From the NCBI GenBank assembly GCA_043228905.1, contig JBHGNT010000015.1, positions 8,556,001 to 8,620,000 on the forward strand: a stretch of DNA of 64,000 nucleotides, written 5' to 3'. The number at the start of each line of letters is the position of its first letter. Within the stretch, counting starts at the first letter, position 1. Source of the DNA: Azolla caroliniana. Lineage: Eukaryota > Plantae > Polypodiophyta. Position numbers and translations under genes: made by a program. Shown here in pieces: positions 36,134 to 49,500 of the stretch. The notes beneath the pieces were generated by a model that was not told where the DNA came from, ran no database searches, and worked only from the letters and a program-made list of their open reading frames with translations.

Positions 36134-38333
36134 GTGAAGAGGTGGCAAGGGAGGAAGGAGATGGAAGTTGGAGACATCACGGAAGTAATTACGAGAATGG
36201 CAAGGGATTTCGCAAGAAGGAGAGAAAGACGGGAAGAGGCGTACAAGTACGATCGACGCGAGTTCGATCTATGGGTGACGTCGGCAAAGGCTCCTCGAAG
36301 CGCAATGAAGGCATTCTGGGAGTTCGATCTCCGGTTTTCCCAACTTTCGGTCCGGGATCAAGAATCGGTGGGGGCGGACAAGGTCCCACTATTCTTGAAG
36401 TCGGTCAACGAAAGGGGGAGAATGGCCATTTTTCCCTACCTCGAAGACAAAGAAGGGGCGTACGGCCTCACCGAAGATTGGAACGAGGTGGAATGGGCGT
36501 GCATACAATGCGATGAGAGGCGGTCGGCCACAACGCGGCCCGCGAGCGGCGGAGAAGAGAGAGCGGCGACCGACGATGCGCTACCGCCGGAAGGGAGCTC
36601 AACGCCAATCGGTTTGGAGGAGCTCGACATCGAAGCCTTGGTGCGGGAAGCGTACGAGATCGCAGAGGCACAAATCGAAGCCGAAGAAAGGCTTATTGCG
36701 GATTCGGGGCCGAGCGGATCGGAGGATGAGGAGGCCGGAAGAGAACGGTACATCGGTACCACGGGAGAGGGTGCGGAGCAAGCCACCCTCTCGACATGCG
36801 GAGAAAGATAGACCGAGGACGAGGTTGGGGACGGTGAGGCGGCGATCGCCGATTCGAGCGGACATGAGGGAGTTCGGGCATGGAGGCCCGAAACATCGAG
36901 CGGGGAGAAGACAGGCGGTGGTGCCGCGACCTTATGCACACCGGGCCTAGAGACTCCGGCAACCGGCCTGAGAGCCGGTGTGAGACCTAGAGTGACGGGC
37001 GGTGGCGGCGGCAAGGCGGGCGACCACGACGGTGACGATGTGGGAGAGGGTGCAGAAAGAGCGACTCTCTCGTCTTGCGGCGAATGGACGACCATGGAGG
37101 CCGGTAACTACGGATTCGGGACATGGCGGCTCGAAACATCGAGGGAGGAGGAGACAAGCGGCGGTGCTGCGACCTTACGCACACCGGGCCTAGAGACTCC
37201 GGCAACCGGCCCGAGAGCCGGTGTGAGACCTAGAGTGACGGACGGTCAACCGAGACAACGGTGAGGAGACCGTGGAAGAGGAGGTGGCAAGCATAATTAA
37301 TGCTTGCATATACGAAGGCGGGGTAGCCACGGACGACGATGTCCGAATGGAGGCGGCTACGGGCATAGCATTGACGAGCGGAGGCGTTGCTACCTTACAC
37401 GCACCGGTTCAAGAGACCCCGGCGCCCGGCCCGAGTGCCCGCGTGAGACCTAGGGTAACGAACGGTGGCAGCGGCAAGGCGGGCGACCACGGCGACGATG
37501 TGGGAGAGGGTGCGGAGCGAGCGACCCTCTCGACTTGTGGAAAGAGGATGGCCATGGATGAGGCCGATATCTACGGAGCAATGGACGCCACTTTGAGAGT
37601 GGGCGAAAGTTTTAGGACGCGGTTGCCCGAAACGTTCTACGAGGATTTCGCGAGCATACTCGAGGCTTTCGAAATCGAGGAAGAAGAGGAGACGAGCGGC
37701 GGTGCCGCGACCTTCCACACACCGGTCCTAGAGACTCTGACAACCGGCCCGAGAGCCGGTGTGAGACCTAGAGAGACGGACGGTGGCGGCGGCAAGGCGA
37801 GCAACCGAGACGACGAAGAGGAGGTTTGTAGCGGACGGAGGCGAGATCCCTCGACACCGGGGCCGGAGACTTCGGCGGTTGCGCCCAAGCGCGGACATAA
37901 GACTGGAGAGATGGGCGGTGGCCGTGAGGATGAGAGGCCCGGAGTGGGCACGTGCGAAAAGGCCGAAGGAGAGGTCCGGAGCGGCATCGGGGAGCGAGTC
38001 GAGAACAGACCCAACCGAAAGATGAGCTGGTCGGTAATCCGACCTGACCGGGAGGCGGAGCAGAAGAAGGGTGAAGCGGGGTCCGGTCAACTGGGCCCAA
38101 ACCGAAGAAGAACCGGCAAGGCCGGATTTGCACGGGCAGACATGTACCGGCCAGTTATGATTACGGAAGGGAGCCGACCAAACCGGAACTCGATCGTCCG
38201 AGACCGATCCGGGCGAAGGCTAAGTCGGCATGATTGGAGATCGGGGAGGACGGGTCACAACACGCGACGAGAGCCGGTGAGCGTATTGAGAAGGCCTAGT
38301 GGGCACGATGATCGTGGCTTACTAGAAGACTGA
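36134..38333 (+). pseudogene. Degenerate gag-like ORF followed by acidic repeats
   Basis: Directly after the PBS. The helical N-terminus 'EFDLRFSQLS...KVPLFLKSV...LTEDWNEV' is followed by repeated 'GGAATLRTPGLETPATGPRAGVRPRVT'. The gag identity is inferred from position. Confidence 0.5.
36900..37810. repeat. Four dispersed/tandem copies of a ~90-240-bp GC-rich unit
   Basis: GCGACCTT..CACACCGG.C(T/A)AGAGAC.CCGGC..CCGGCC.GAG.GCC.G.GTGAGACCTAG at ~36915, 37160, 37380 and 37697. Confidence 0.85.
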
Positions 38334-41300
38334 GAGCGAGAGGGACCTTCCACACCCATTCTAGAGACTTCGGCGGTTGTGGATCAACGTGAGACCGGAG
38401 AGACGGCGGGTGGCGGTGAGGAGTCGGAGGCCGAAGCGGACAAAGTTATCGGAGCGGGTATCCAGTATGAGATGATGGACGAGCGGGTCCAAGATGGCGA
38501 GCCCGGGTCGGAACGGGCTACGGTGACAAAGGAAGAAGTGGCCGACGCAGAGGTCGGGTCTACGGTGGATGAAGCGCGACATGAGACGCATGCAATACGG
38601 CTGGTGGAGGGCCAAGACACAAGCACGCATACGGCGGATGGGCGACAACGATTGACCGACGATGACGGTCGGGTCAAGCCTTCGAGAGGCAAGTGCGGGA
38701 CGAAGGACGGCGCGGCGAAACACCAAGACCGACGACATGGGCCGAGCGCGATCGACATGAGCGGAGAGTCGTGTCTTGAGAACCGAAGAAGGTGCGCGGA
38801 GAGCAACGGGCTACGCGCCGGGAAGAGGAAGCGCGGCTTCTCGGAGGGCATGCAAGGCCAAGCGGGCCAAGAGGGCGCAAGTCAAGGCGAAGTGGTAACG
38901 AGAGCCTCGAGGGACACTGACACGGATGTCGGGATGACAGTACGCTCTACCGTGAGAGAGCACGGCGAACAACGGGGAAAGCCTACGGAAGGCAAGCGTG
39001 GAGCAGAGAGAATCGGCACGCCGAGGTGTGCGGCACGCAAAGGGCGGAATCCGGCATGCGACCGGGAGCGCATCCGAAGGATATACGAGGCGGACAAAGG
39101 AAGAGCAACCGGGTCAGCGATGGCGTTCGAGAGGACCGAACGGGGAGGAAAGCACGGGCATCGGCTACGGCGGGTCGGATGTAGTCGGTGGTTCAAGGAC
39201 CCACGGTGGACGTGGCGGATCGGGTAGAGGCAACGACTCGGCGAACATCGTCGAGTGTGGCGGATCGGATGGCGCCGACGGTTCGAGACCATTCGGCGAG
39301 GATGGTGGACCGGAAGGCGGCGGTGGTTCGTGTGGACGGGGTGGTCTTGCTCGAAGTGGAGGACAAAACCGGGCGGGACCACGAGGACGCTAAGGACTCG
39401 GCCGGTCGTCGTGGCCGAAAATCTCGTGTTCTCTCCCCTATGTTTTGGCACATACCGGTGGATGTGCGGTTAGGTGGGGGCGGATGTCGTGAAGATTTTC
39501 GTCCATGAGCGGAAACCTTAGCAACGAGAGCCAAAGAGCGATGTGCAACGTTGCACACGTACATAATGTATTTGTAATAATAATAGGGAAAACGGTATGG
39601 TGCTAGAAAGGCCCCATAAGATCCCTAAGGTATAAAGGCGATGTGGTCTTGTGCGCACATCCACGTGCGAGAGAGAGAGAGAGGTACTATGCGGTACATC
39701 GGTACCTAGTTGTTTGTGAGGAGGTGGGAGTAAAGGGGCCATCAATCTCACCCTCACCAAATCAAGGCAAATATCCCCTTTGAATGAAAGGGGATATTTT
39801 AGTCTCGTTTTTGTAGACGGTCTTCCCTCGTGCTATAAAAGGAGAGGGAAGGCACCATTGTGGGGGTTGCCTATTTTGAGTGTGCGAGGTATACCACATA
39901 GGTCGAGTGTTAGGGTTAGGGTTAGGGTTTCGAGTAGTCGTTTGGTGCGGCCTATGCGGCCACCATTTTGTAATCGTTCATCTCGTTTTAATACATCTGG
40001 TTGTTCATCTTGTCTCCATCTTCCTCTTGTTCAATCTAATCTCTTGTTCATTCTTCTTCTTCTTGAGCAAAGCTTCCATTCCATGTCCGATTCCTTCTCC
40101 TCTACTCCTTAGTCCAAGACCCCCGTGGTCCATCCAAAACGACTCGCGACACTCGTCGTTTTAAAGGGGGGATAGCGTCATGATATAGCAAGACTTGAAC
40201 CCATGACCTTAGGTTATATGGGTCGAGCTCTTGACCATTATATCATCTATTGTAATACGTAGAATATTATTTTCATTTACATTTTATTATAGGAAATTAA
40301 TGTATATTCTAGATTTCTCTGGAACATTCTAGAAGCTTCAAGATTACTCCCGAGAACACTATAAAAGAGGGCACTAGGCATTACGTTGAACCAAATTGGT
40401 TCAACGCCAGTCTTTAGCCTCATAGCCCTTTTGTACTTACTCTTCTTATAATATATAATCTATTATCATCATCTCTCTCGCTCTCTCTCATCCTCGCTAT
40501 CTCTCTCTCTCCTCTTCTCTCTTCCTCTCTCGGGAGTCTTACGCAGTCCCGTCCTCTTAGTACTAATAGTACTTCCCTTCTCTAGTACTTATTCTCTCTC
40601 TGTTTAGTACTAATCCTGTCTGTGTTTAGTACTATTCCTGACACTAACCGTCTTCAAGGAACTCCACGCGAGAGTGGAAAGAGAAACCGGCCGGAAGCTG
40701 AAGGCGGTTCGAGCGGACAACGGAGGAGAATACCGGGGGCAGTTCGAGGAGTACTGCCGGTCGAAGGGAATCCGGCTCGAATTCACCGTGCCGAAGATGC
40801 CGGAACTAAATGGGCTAGCCGAAAGGAGGAACCGGACTATAATGGAGAAAGTCCGGAGCATGCTTGCACATGGCAAGTTATCCAAGACGTTTTGGGCTGA
40901 GGCGTTGACGACGGCAACCTATGTGATAAACATATCACCCTTAGTACCCTTGGACGGAAACTCACCACAGAAAGTATGGAACGGTAAGGATGTGTCTTAC
41001 CGGCATCTGAAGGTGTTCGGGTGTCTTGCATACATGCATGTGGCGAAGGACAAGAGAGCAAAGTTGGATCCGAAGTCTCGGCCATGCATATTCCTTGGAT
41101 ACGACAATAATGAGTTCAGTTACTGGGTGTGGGATCTGGTCGATAGAAAGGTGTTCCGGAGTCGAGACATAGTCTTCATGGAAGATAGGACCATTGCCGA
41201 CTGGGAGTCGGAGAAGAAGGTAATGAACTCTGGATCATCCATTGAAAACCGGCCTGAGGACAAAAGGATATACCCGGTTGACAACCAGATGTTAGCTAGT

Positions 41301-44300
41301 AACCGGATGACACTCGACGAACCGGCTGGATACGGATAGGAAACCGAACCGACCGAAGAAGAAGAAGAAGAAGACACCGGAATCAGGCAAGATCCCAAAT
41401 CGAATGAGGATGAGGAACAAACAGAGGAACCGGCAGTTAGAGACCAAGGATGGAGATATCCTCTCTAGGAGAGAAGAGCCGCCTGAAGATTTCTGGATGC
41501 AGAGAATGTGTTGCTAACCAATGAGGGGGAGCCCGGAAAGCTTTGAAAAAGCAAGGGGAGACACCCACAACTGAAAGTGGTTGAGTGCCATGCAGGATGA
41601 CATGGATTCCCTGCATGAGAACCACACATACGAATTGGTGGAGTTGCCGAAAGGAAAGAGGGCACTACGGAACAAGTGGGTGTACAAGCTAAAACCGAGG
41701 GACACCGAAAATCCACCAAGGTATTGTTGGGAATATGTCCCTCCAGTGGGAGGATGATCTGACAGTTCGGAAAGCCGACAATCGAAGCATCGGAAAACAG
41801 GAGCCGAGTTGATGAGGAATCGTGTAAATAGCCAACTCGGGAGACTATATTTGTAAATAGTATAAGTGTTCGCCCCATGAGGGCTACGTATGTAAATAAC
41901 CGGAAATTTGCGTAAGTATATATGCAACTAGGGCAAACATGTTGTAAGTGAGTTGTGAAGAATAGAGTAGAAAGAGGAGTTCTAGTGTGCAGGGGAGAGA
42001 GAGAGAGAGAGAAGGGAGAGCCGCGCCATAACTGTGTGTGTAACAGTGGACGCGAAGAGCCCTGTGCGGCTGATACACTTGACAGAGTGTTGTAATCATC
42101 TTTGTATTATCCATCCACTATATTATAGTGAAGAATCTGTTCACCCGTGGTTTTTCCCGTTATAGGGTTTCCACGTAAATCTTTGTGTACATCTGTTTAT
42201 CTTGTCTTTCTGCCATTTTTGTGAATCGTATTTCAGTGCGTAGTTTGTTTATTGTGATTAATTCCGCAACGATTTCTCAACAAACTGGTATTAGAGCTTG
42301 AGGTGCAAGCATGGAAGGAGGTGCTAGCGGTTTCCCAGGTATGATAGTTCTGAACTCAAATAACTATGCAGACTGGAAGATAAAGATGGAAGTCCTTCGC
42401 ATAGTTAAAGACCTGTAAGAGCTAGTCTACAGAGTAGAAATACCCAGGGGGGTATTGGAGTCGGACTGGAAGCTTCCGAATAGGAAGGCGGTAGCCACAA
42501 TCTAACAATGTGTCGATGTAAGTGTTCTTCAGCATGTGGCGAACGACATGAATGCCCAGGAGATGTGGTAGAAGATGTCGGGTCTGTACGAGAGGAGAAA
42601 CGCACTAAACAGAACCTCGCTAATGAGAAAAATCGTACGGCTGAAATACAGGGACGGTGAGAGCATTATTGAACACATCAGCACATTTATGGGGTATGTA
42701 AATCAACTTTTTGAGACCAAGTTTCCCCTGGATGATGTAATGCAGGTCATCCTGCTTATGTGTACACTACCGGAAAGCTGGGAGAACCTGGTGGTTACTC
42801 TCAGCACCTCCTGTCAAGAAGAGAACTTGTCTTTACAGACGGTGAAGACAAGCATCCTAAACGAGAAGGCAAGGAGGAAAGACAAAGGAGTTCTGAGGTA
42901 AGCATATGTGCTTTTATTGCAGACAAATCCCACGCTAGATCGAAGTCCAAAGGTAAGCCTGTGTGCTTTTATTGCGGAAAACCTGGATAGTTCCAGAAGG
43001 ACTGCCGACACATGAAGAAAGACAAGAGTGTTGGAAATAATGTCGAACTCCGGAAAATTCCAGATGAAAGGAACACTTCGGCCATTGCTACGAGCAATGA
43101 TGAACTCCTGTTCTTATGTGAACCGACGAGTGTAAATCTTGCAAGTGAAGATTGCACGTGGGTGATCGACTCCGGCGCATCCTTCCATATTACTCCGTCG
43201 AGAGAGTATCTCTCGACTTACATAGCCAGGGATCATGGCTATGTAAAGATGGGTGATAGTGGAGAGTGCAAGATAACCGACGTTGATAGGGTGTCGACTA
43301 ACGTTGAAAGATGTTCGACACGTCCCTGATATCATATTGAATCTGGTATCGACTGGAAGGCTTGACGACGAAGGCTACAGTGGTAGCTTTGGGAATGGCA
43401 AGTGGAAGTTCTACCGAGGAAATCTCATAGTGGCCTGAGCACAGAAAGAAGGCACATTGTACAGGATGCATGCCCAACTGTGAAAATCGGAAGTAAACGT
43501 GCCAGCCGACTCGGCAGGGGAGATATGGCATAAGAGGTTAGGCCACATGAGTAAGACGGGAATGCACCTATTAGCAGACCAGAAACTTCTACTGGAAGTC
43601 AAGGGACTGCACCTGGAGAAGTGTGTCAACTGCTTAGACGGAAAGCAGAACAGGGCGGCATTCCATACAAGACCACCAAGAAGAAGAGAAGCTACATTGG
43701 AAATTGTGCACATGGATGTGTGCTATGTGGATGCTCCATCGCATCAAGGTGGACAGTACTTCGTGACATTCATTGACAACCATAGTCGGAAGACATGGGC
43801 CTTCGTACTAAAGATGAAGGATCAAGTACTGTCGGTTTTCAAGGAGTTCCAGGCAAGAGCTGAAAGAGAGTCGGGTCGGAAACTGAAGGTTGTCCGAACT
43901 GACAATGGTGGCGAGTACAGAGGGCAGTTCGAGGAATACTACAAGTGCCAAGGTATTCAAATCGAATACCCAATGCCAAAGACCCCAGAGTTGAACGGGT
44001 CTGCAGAGAGGATGAATTGAACGATCATGGAGAGAGTGAGGAGCATGCTCTCTCATGCGAAACTGCCGAAATCCTATTGGGCTGAGGCGATGTACACAGT
44101 TGTTTATCTGATCAACAGGTCTCCCTCGGTACCTCTAAAGGGTGATGTCCCACAGAGGGTGTGGACAGGGAAGGATGTCTCCTACCAACACTTGAGGGTG
44201 TTTGGATGTTTGGCGTATATCCATGTACCAAAGGATCAGAGGTCAAAGCTCGACAGCAAGTTGAAAGCATGCATATTCATGGGATACTCGAAAGATGAGT

Positions 44301-44724
44301 TCAGTTACAGGTTGTGGGACTTAGTCGACAAGAAGGTAGTGAGAAGTCGGGATGTAGTCTTTCTAGAAGACAAGACAATTGAAGACTGGAAGCAACAGAA
44401 GTCGGAACCGACTCCCCAGTCAACCTCGACTAAAGGCCAAGTGAGTTGCCACCGACAGCTGTAAGGAGACAGCTGGCCGACAGAGCCGAATCCGAGTCGG
44501 TCGACTTGGAAAGACCGACAGACTATGAGTCAGAGTTGGCAGAGTTGCTGAAGTAAATTGATGTATATGAGTTGGAGTTTTTCATGAATCCGTGAACATT
44601 ATGTGGCTTCACTTGGGCTTGAACCCAAGACCTTGTAATACATAATCAAGAACCTAACCATTAAGATAACATATGATTATATAAAATAATAAAAGCTACT
44701 TCTTGTAATAGACTGATATTGTAA

Positions 44725-44863
44725 ATGTTCAAGAACATCCTAAAACATTCTAGAACATCCTAGAACATTCTAGAATATCCTAGAACATCTTAGAATATTC
44801 TAGGTCTAGAACATTCTAGAACATTATAGAAATCACTAGGTTTCCTATAAGAACCTATAAATA
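44725..44863 (+). promoter_or_regulatory. Tandem 10-bp heat-shock-element array plus TATA box in the Gypsy-G LTR
   Basis: About 10 units of TAGAACAT(T/C)C, including perfect GAAnnTTCnnGAA. About 6 units in the 3' LTR (60850-60912). TATAAATA at 44856. Confidence 0.7.
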
Positions 44864-46569
44864 TGGACATACAATTCTTCTCAAAACCAATTCGAATCAA
44901 CACCAGTCTTAAGCTCTCATCGCCTATCTTGTATCCATTCTTATTCTACTTTAATACATTCATTCTTCTCTTATCATGTCATTCCTCCTCTTGTGATCTC
45001 TTTATATCTTTCTTCTGTCACTTTACCTTCTCTCTTGGTTCTGATAGTTTGATTCAAATTTCTTCTTCTCGTCTAGCCTCTTCCACAAACACTAGTAAGT
45101 ACCCATGGCTGCTGGCAACCCACAAGAATACTTCGCCCTTGTTGCAGAAATGGAGAATCTCAAAAGCAAGTTTGCATCACTAGAGCTGGAGAATCAACGA
45201 TTGGTTGAAGACCTATAGAAGGTTTCAGTAGAGAAGTAACAAGTACATGACGAGTTTACACGAAGGGTTCAACAACTAGAGTCAGCAATAGTAGCTTTAC
45301 AACAACGGAAAGTCGACAGTCAAGGAGTTCTTCAAGAGCCCAAAATCAGCGTCCCAGCTAAATTCAATGGGTCGAGAGCACATTTTCGGGGTTTTATAAA
45401 TCAAGTGTGGTTGGTAATTCAAATGCATCCCATGTGTTATCCGACGGATTCATCTCGAGTCGGGTTAGTGGGCACTTTATTGACTGGCACGGCATTGTCA
45501 TGGTTTGCTCCATTGCTAGAAGCAAATTCGCCCCTACCAAACAACTTTGAAGAATTTATCAAAGAGTTTAAGGCTTGCTTCGGAGACACAGATAGTGTAA
45601 GAACGGCAATCAACAAGATTCGCACATTGCGACAAGGGGATCAACAAACATCAACGTATGTAGCCAATTTTCGTCTTATTGCAAGTGATATTCCTTGGGA
45701 CGAACAAGCTCTAATGGAGTAGTTTCGTTTGGGCCTCCGTGGAGATGTAAAAGATTTACTTCTTACCTTCCCTGAGGATCCAAAATCCCTTACAGAAGCT
45801 ATTACCCGAGCAATACGGTGTGATAATCGGCTTTTTGAGCGTCGGTCCGAGCGACAACAACAACAAACAACATCAAGATTTATGCCAACTTATGCATCAG
45901 TGATGGCACAATCTCCAAGGCAACAATATAGCCTCGTCCCAACTCCACGCAAGCACGTAGCTCGACACCGATGGAGATTGATATGACCCGACGACAAGGA
46001 TCTTTATCAGATGAAGAGAAACAACATCGTCGAGCAAATTGACTATGCTTATATTGTGGAGGTCCAGGACATATTGTCATTCATTGTCCACACAGACCGA
46101 GACATCAGGTACATCACATTAACTATGATAATGTTGGCCGGTCAGAAGAGCAAGGACAAGTAGGAAGGCGGAATCGGATCGGATAATAGGAAGTAAATAA
46201 TAGGAGAATTATTATTCGGAGGGACGGATCCGATTCAGTTGTACCGATCCGGATCCGGACCGATTCAGATGTCGGTTGCCTAAGCGCACCGATTGTAACC
46301 TTGCTGGATGCCTATAAAAGGATCCGATGATTTGTAAAGGGGACGGAAGTAATACAATAATAATTATTGCGTGTTTATCTGTATCTCGTATTGTTTACCG
46401 TCTGTGCTTAATTGTAATCATCTTACGCGTGTAACCTAGCATCCAATCCTTACCACCCCTTTGGAGAAGTGTCGGATAGACACCTGTGTTGAGGCTAGTC
46501 CGGCCAGACAGACAACACTATTTTGGCGACCACGATGGGATGCAAAGTGCAGAGGACAACCGGGGGATG

Positions 46570-49500
46570 GATGTCTAGACCAAACGACGACCACATCACC
46601 GAACGAGGGAGACGATACACCGAACACGAGCAACGACGGGAAGCCCTGCAACAAGCGGTCGACGAGATCCGGCGGGATCGGTCATTCTCCAAAACTCTTC
46701 GGAGAGTCGCAGAAGAAGCACTGCAGTTCCGGGTTCTGCAAATCCCCGACGAAGGCAGTAGCATAACAAGCCTGCAAGAGGCGGAAACAATACTGCAGAC
46801 GCTCGCCGCGGGCGACGAGGACTCGGAAGCATTCGCAACACTTGAGGCGGAGTCGGAAAGCGACGGAAGCGTTGCGTCCCGGTATAAAAGCAGCCACGAC
46901 ACACCAAACGACCGGGAGGACGAGGGGTCAGAAGACTCCGTAACACCGGCGCCAGAGGAAGAAATAACCCTGGAATTCGGTGATCGGCAATCGCCGAGGA
47001 AGGCTGACCGGATACCGACAACAACCGCGAAGGAACCGAAGGAGCGGATACCGACAACACCCGCGGAGGAACCAACGGACCGGACACCGGCAACACCCGC
47101 GGAGGAACCAAAGGTTCTCACACCAACGCCAACAACGGACAGAGAGCGGAGGAAACAGGAGAGTCAGTTGGACGACACGATGCCGTACCCATACCCAAAG
47201 TACCGGGATGAGGCCGATGCGGAGGCACACGTGTACGCATTCCTCCAAACATGGGAAGCCAACCATATCTCCCAAAGACTTACGGAGGCCGAAGCCGAAC
47301 GATCCAAATGCGCCGAATTCGGCATAACCTTAGAAGGACCGGCGGCCCAATGGCACGCAAAGCACTTACCGGGCAGCTTTGCCACATTCGATGCCTTGAA
47401 GGCCAGATTCCTCAGGTTTTTTCACAGACAATTTGAGCAAAGGGAATTGGTCGGGCAGTTCTACACCACCCGGCAGGAAGAGAACGAGACTGTGCCACAA
47501 TTCATCATTCGGTTCCAGACCCTGCACAGCCAACTGACAAGAGCACCACCCGAAGACGAAGCCAAAGCAGTCTTTCTGGCCGCACTAAAAGAGCCACTTC
47601 GAAAAATGTGCGGAGTCCTTGATTTCCAAACCAGCACAATGGACCAAGTTATTGATCGGGTTTTAGAAATGGACAAGACTAGCCCCTTCTTGTCGATGGG
47701 GATGTTACACCGGGCACTCCCAAAGGAGGAAGACCTGAGGTTCCGACAGGCCTTACAATGTACAACATGCCTAAATTCGGGGCACTCAACAGTAGACTGC
47801 ACCCTGCGGACACAATGTGTGATCTGCAACTCTCGAGCCCATACAACGGACCGATGCGAACATAACCTGTTAAATCGGCAGGCAGCACCGGTTCGACACA
47901 TAGAACCGCGCAATCAGAACCCGGACGAGGATCGATTCCGGAGAGACGACCGCTACCAACGCGAACGCGGTAACAGATACGCTGATAGAAGACGCGAAAA
48001 CTATGACCGAGAGGAGAGACGCAGAGATAGCTACCCCCGGGACCGGTACGACAGAGACGAATCCCCGGAATACGACCGACGCAGAGAAGAGAGGCGACAA
48101 GGATACGCTGATAAAAGACGCGACAACTATGATCGAGAGGAGAGACGCAAAGATAGCTACCCCCGGGACCGGTACGACCGAGACGAATCCCCGGAATACG
48201 ACCGACGCAGAGAAGAGAGGCGACAAGGGAACCGAAATTTCCGACGGAATCAGAAGCGTGGATTTTTCCGAAGAGAGGAACGTCGGAAGGCAGCAAGGAA
48301 TGACAACCCGGTATCGGTACCGGATAACCGAAAAACCAAAGACGACCGCCGGAGCATACCCACCCTCCAAACCGGGGACAAAGGAGAAACGAGCAACAGT
48401 CACAAGGTGTACTGTTATTACTGCCGTAAGGAAGGCCACTATAGTAACCAATGCCCAAGCAAAAGCTATGACAAGCAGCCGGAAGTCAACATGGTTACAG
48501 CCGAAGTAACAGAAGTACAACAGGTCACAACCCGGTCAAAGGGAAAGACCGCCGAGTGGGAAGCCCAGGAGGCAATCAGAAAACAAGCGACACAATGGAT
48601 CAAGGAGGCCAATGAACAGAATGCGGCAGAAGTAAGAGACCAAAATATGCCAAAAGACGAAGAAATCATACAGCCAGGAGAAAACCCGACGTGGCAAGCG
48701 CTACAGGACTGTCAAATCGTGCTGCCGTTAGCACGACTACTACAGTTAGTGCCACGATTTACGGCAGACCTACAGGCATCCGTCAGCAAACCGAAGCCGA
48801 CGCCAGCACCGACATTCTTCTCCAACCTGGAGGAAGGACCAACGGTGGTCGATACAAGTAGCCCGGCGATCACGGCAATCGTGAAAGGAAAGGAAATTGC
48901 TGGAACGATTATTGACGGAGGCTCCGGGGTAAATGTCATCAGCCAACAGACATGCAACGACTTGGGCATCCGGGAATGGGAACCATGCCCTTCTGGTTAC
49001 GCATGGCGGATACTAGCTCAGTCCGACCGACCGGGCTTATCCGGGATTTGGAAGTAACAATCGGAGGCCACGTATTCCGGATATCGGCCGTGGTGCTGCA
49101 GCTGAATGTACAAGGCGCGTACCCCCTACTGCTAGGACGACCATGGCTGCGAACGGCGCATATCAAGCAGAACTGGCAAAAGAACATGATCACATTCCGG
49201 CGAGGGAAAACAAAGGTACGAGTAACGACGCAACCACGGGTGATCACCAGTAAGGAAGCAACTCCATTGTATGCGGAAAGCATTAACATGTTGGAGGGAT
49301 TACCGGACGAGGAAGTCGAGCGGTACCTTGAGGAACACCCACGAATCGTCCCACTATTTGAGGTGGATATCACGGCGGCAGTAGAACCGTACATTACAAC
49401 GCCGGAAGAACCGGACCAAGCGGCGATCCGGGAACTGCGACAAGCGCAGGAATCCCTAGAGAGGGAAATGACGATATCCCAGAGGGTAAAAGCATCTCAA

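Larger units (their letters stand above)
35433..40131 (+). mobile_element. Element E: non-autonomous LTR retrotransposon with a tRNA-Trp PBS
   Basis: LTRs 35433-36116 and 39485-40131 (the last ~35 bp deleted). PBS TGGTGAACCCGATGTGAA at 36121-36138. PPT-like GGTTAGGTGGGGGCGGA. No RT or integrase motifs recognised. Confidence 0.88.
29998..40643 (+). mobile_element. Gypsy-D: chromovirus-branch (Tf1/Tcn1-like) element with nested insertions
   Basis: LTRs 29998-30469 and 40176-40643. TSD CTAAC. PPT AAAGGGGGGATAG. No tRNA PBS. The integrase C-terminus is deleted at ~40131. Confidence 0.94.
27246..41724 (+). mobile_element. Copia-C (related to Copia-B): 5' LTR, PBS, gag-PR-INT, start of RT; remainder beyond the nested Copia-H
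   Basis: LTR 27246-27795 with a (GA)n tract. PBS TGGTATTAGAGC at 27799-27810. gag ATG at 28390. Coding remnants at 28390-29997 and 40649-41724. Confidence 0.9.

Noticed and set aside
38379-39508. GC-rich ORFs in element E as real genes
   Set aside because: They overlap in many frames with no recognisable motifs, as expected at high GC content.
48952-49057. Programmed frameshift in Gypsy-F
   Set aside because: It falls within the protease. Gypsy-1 reads WEACPFWFR in one frame, so this is a 1-nt mutation or sequencing error.
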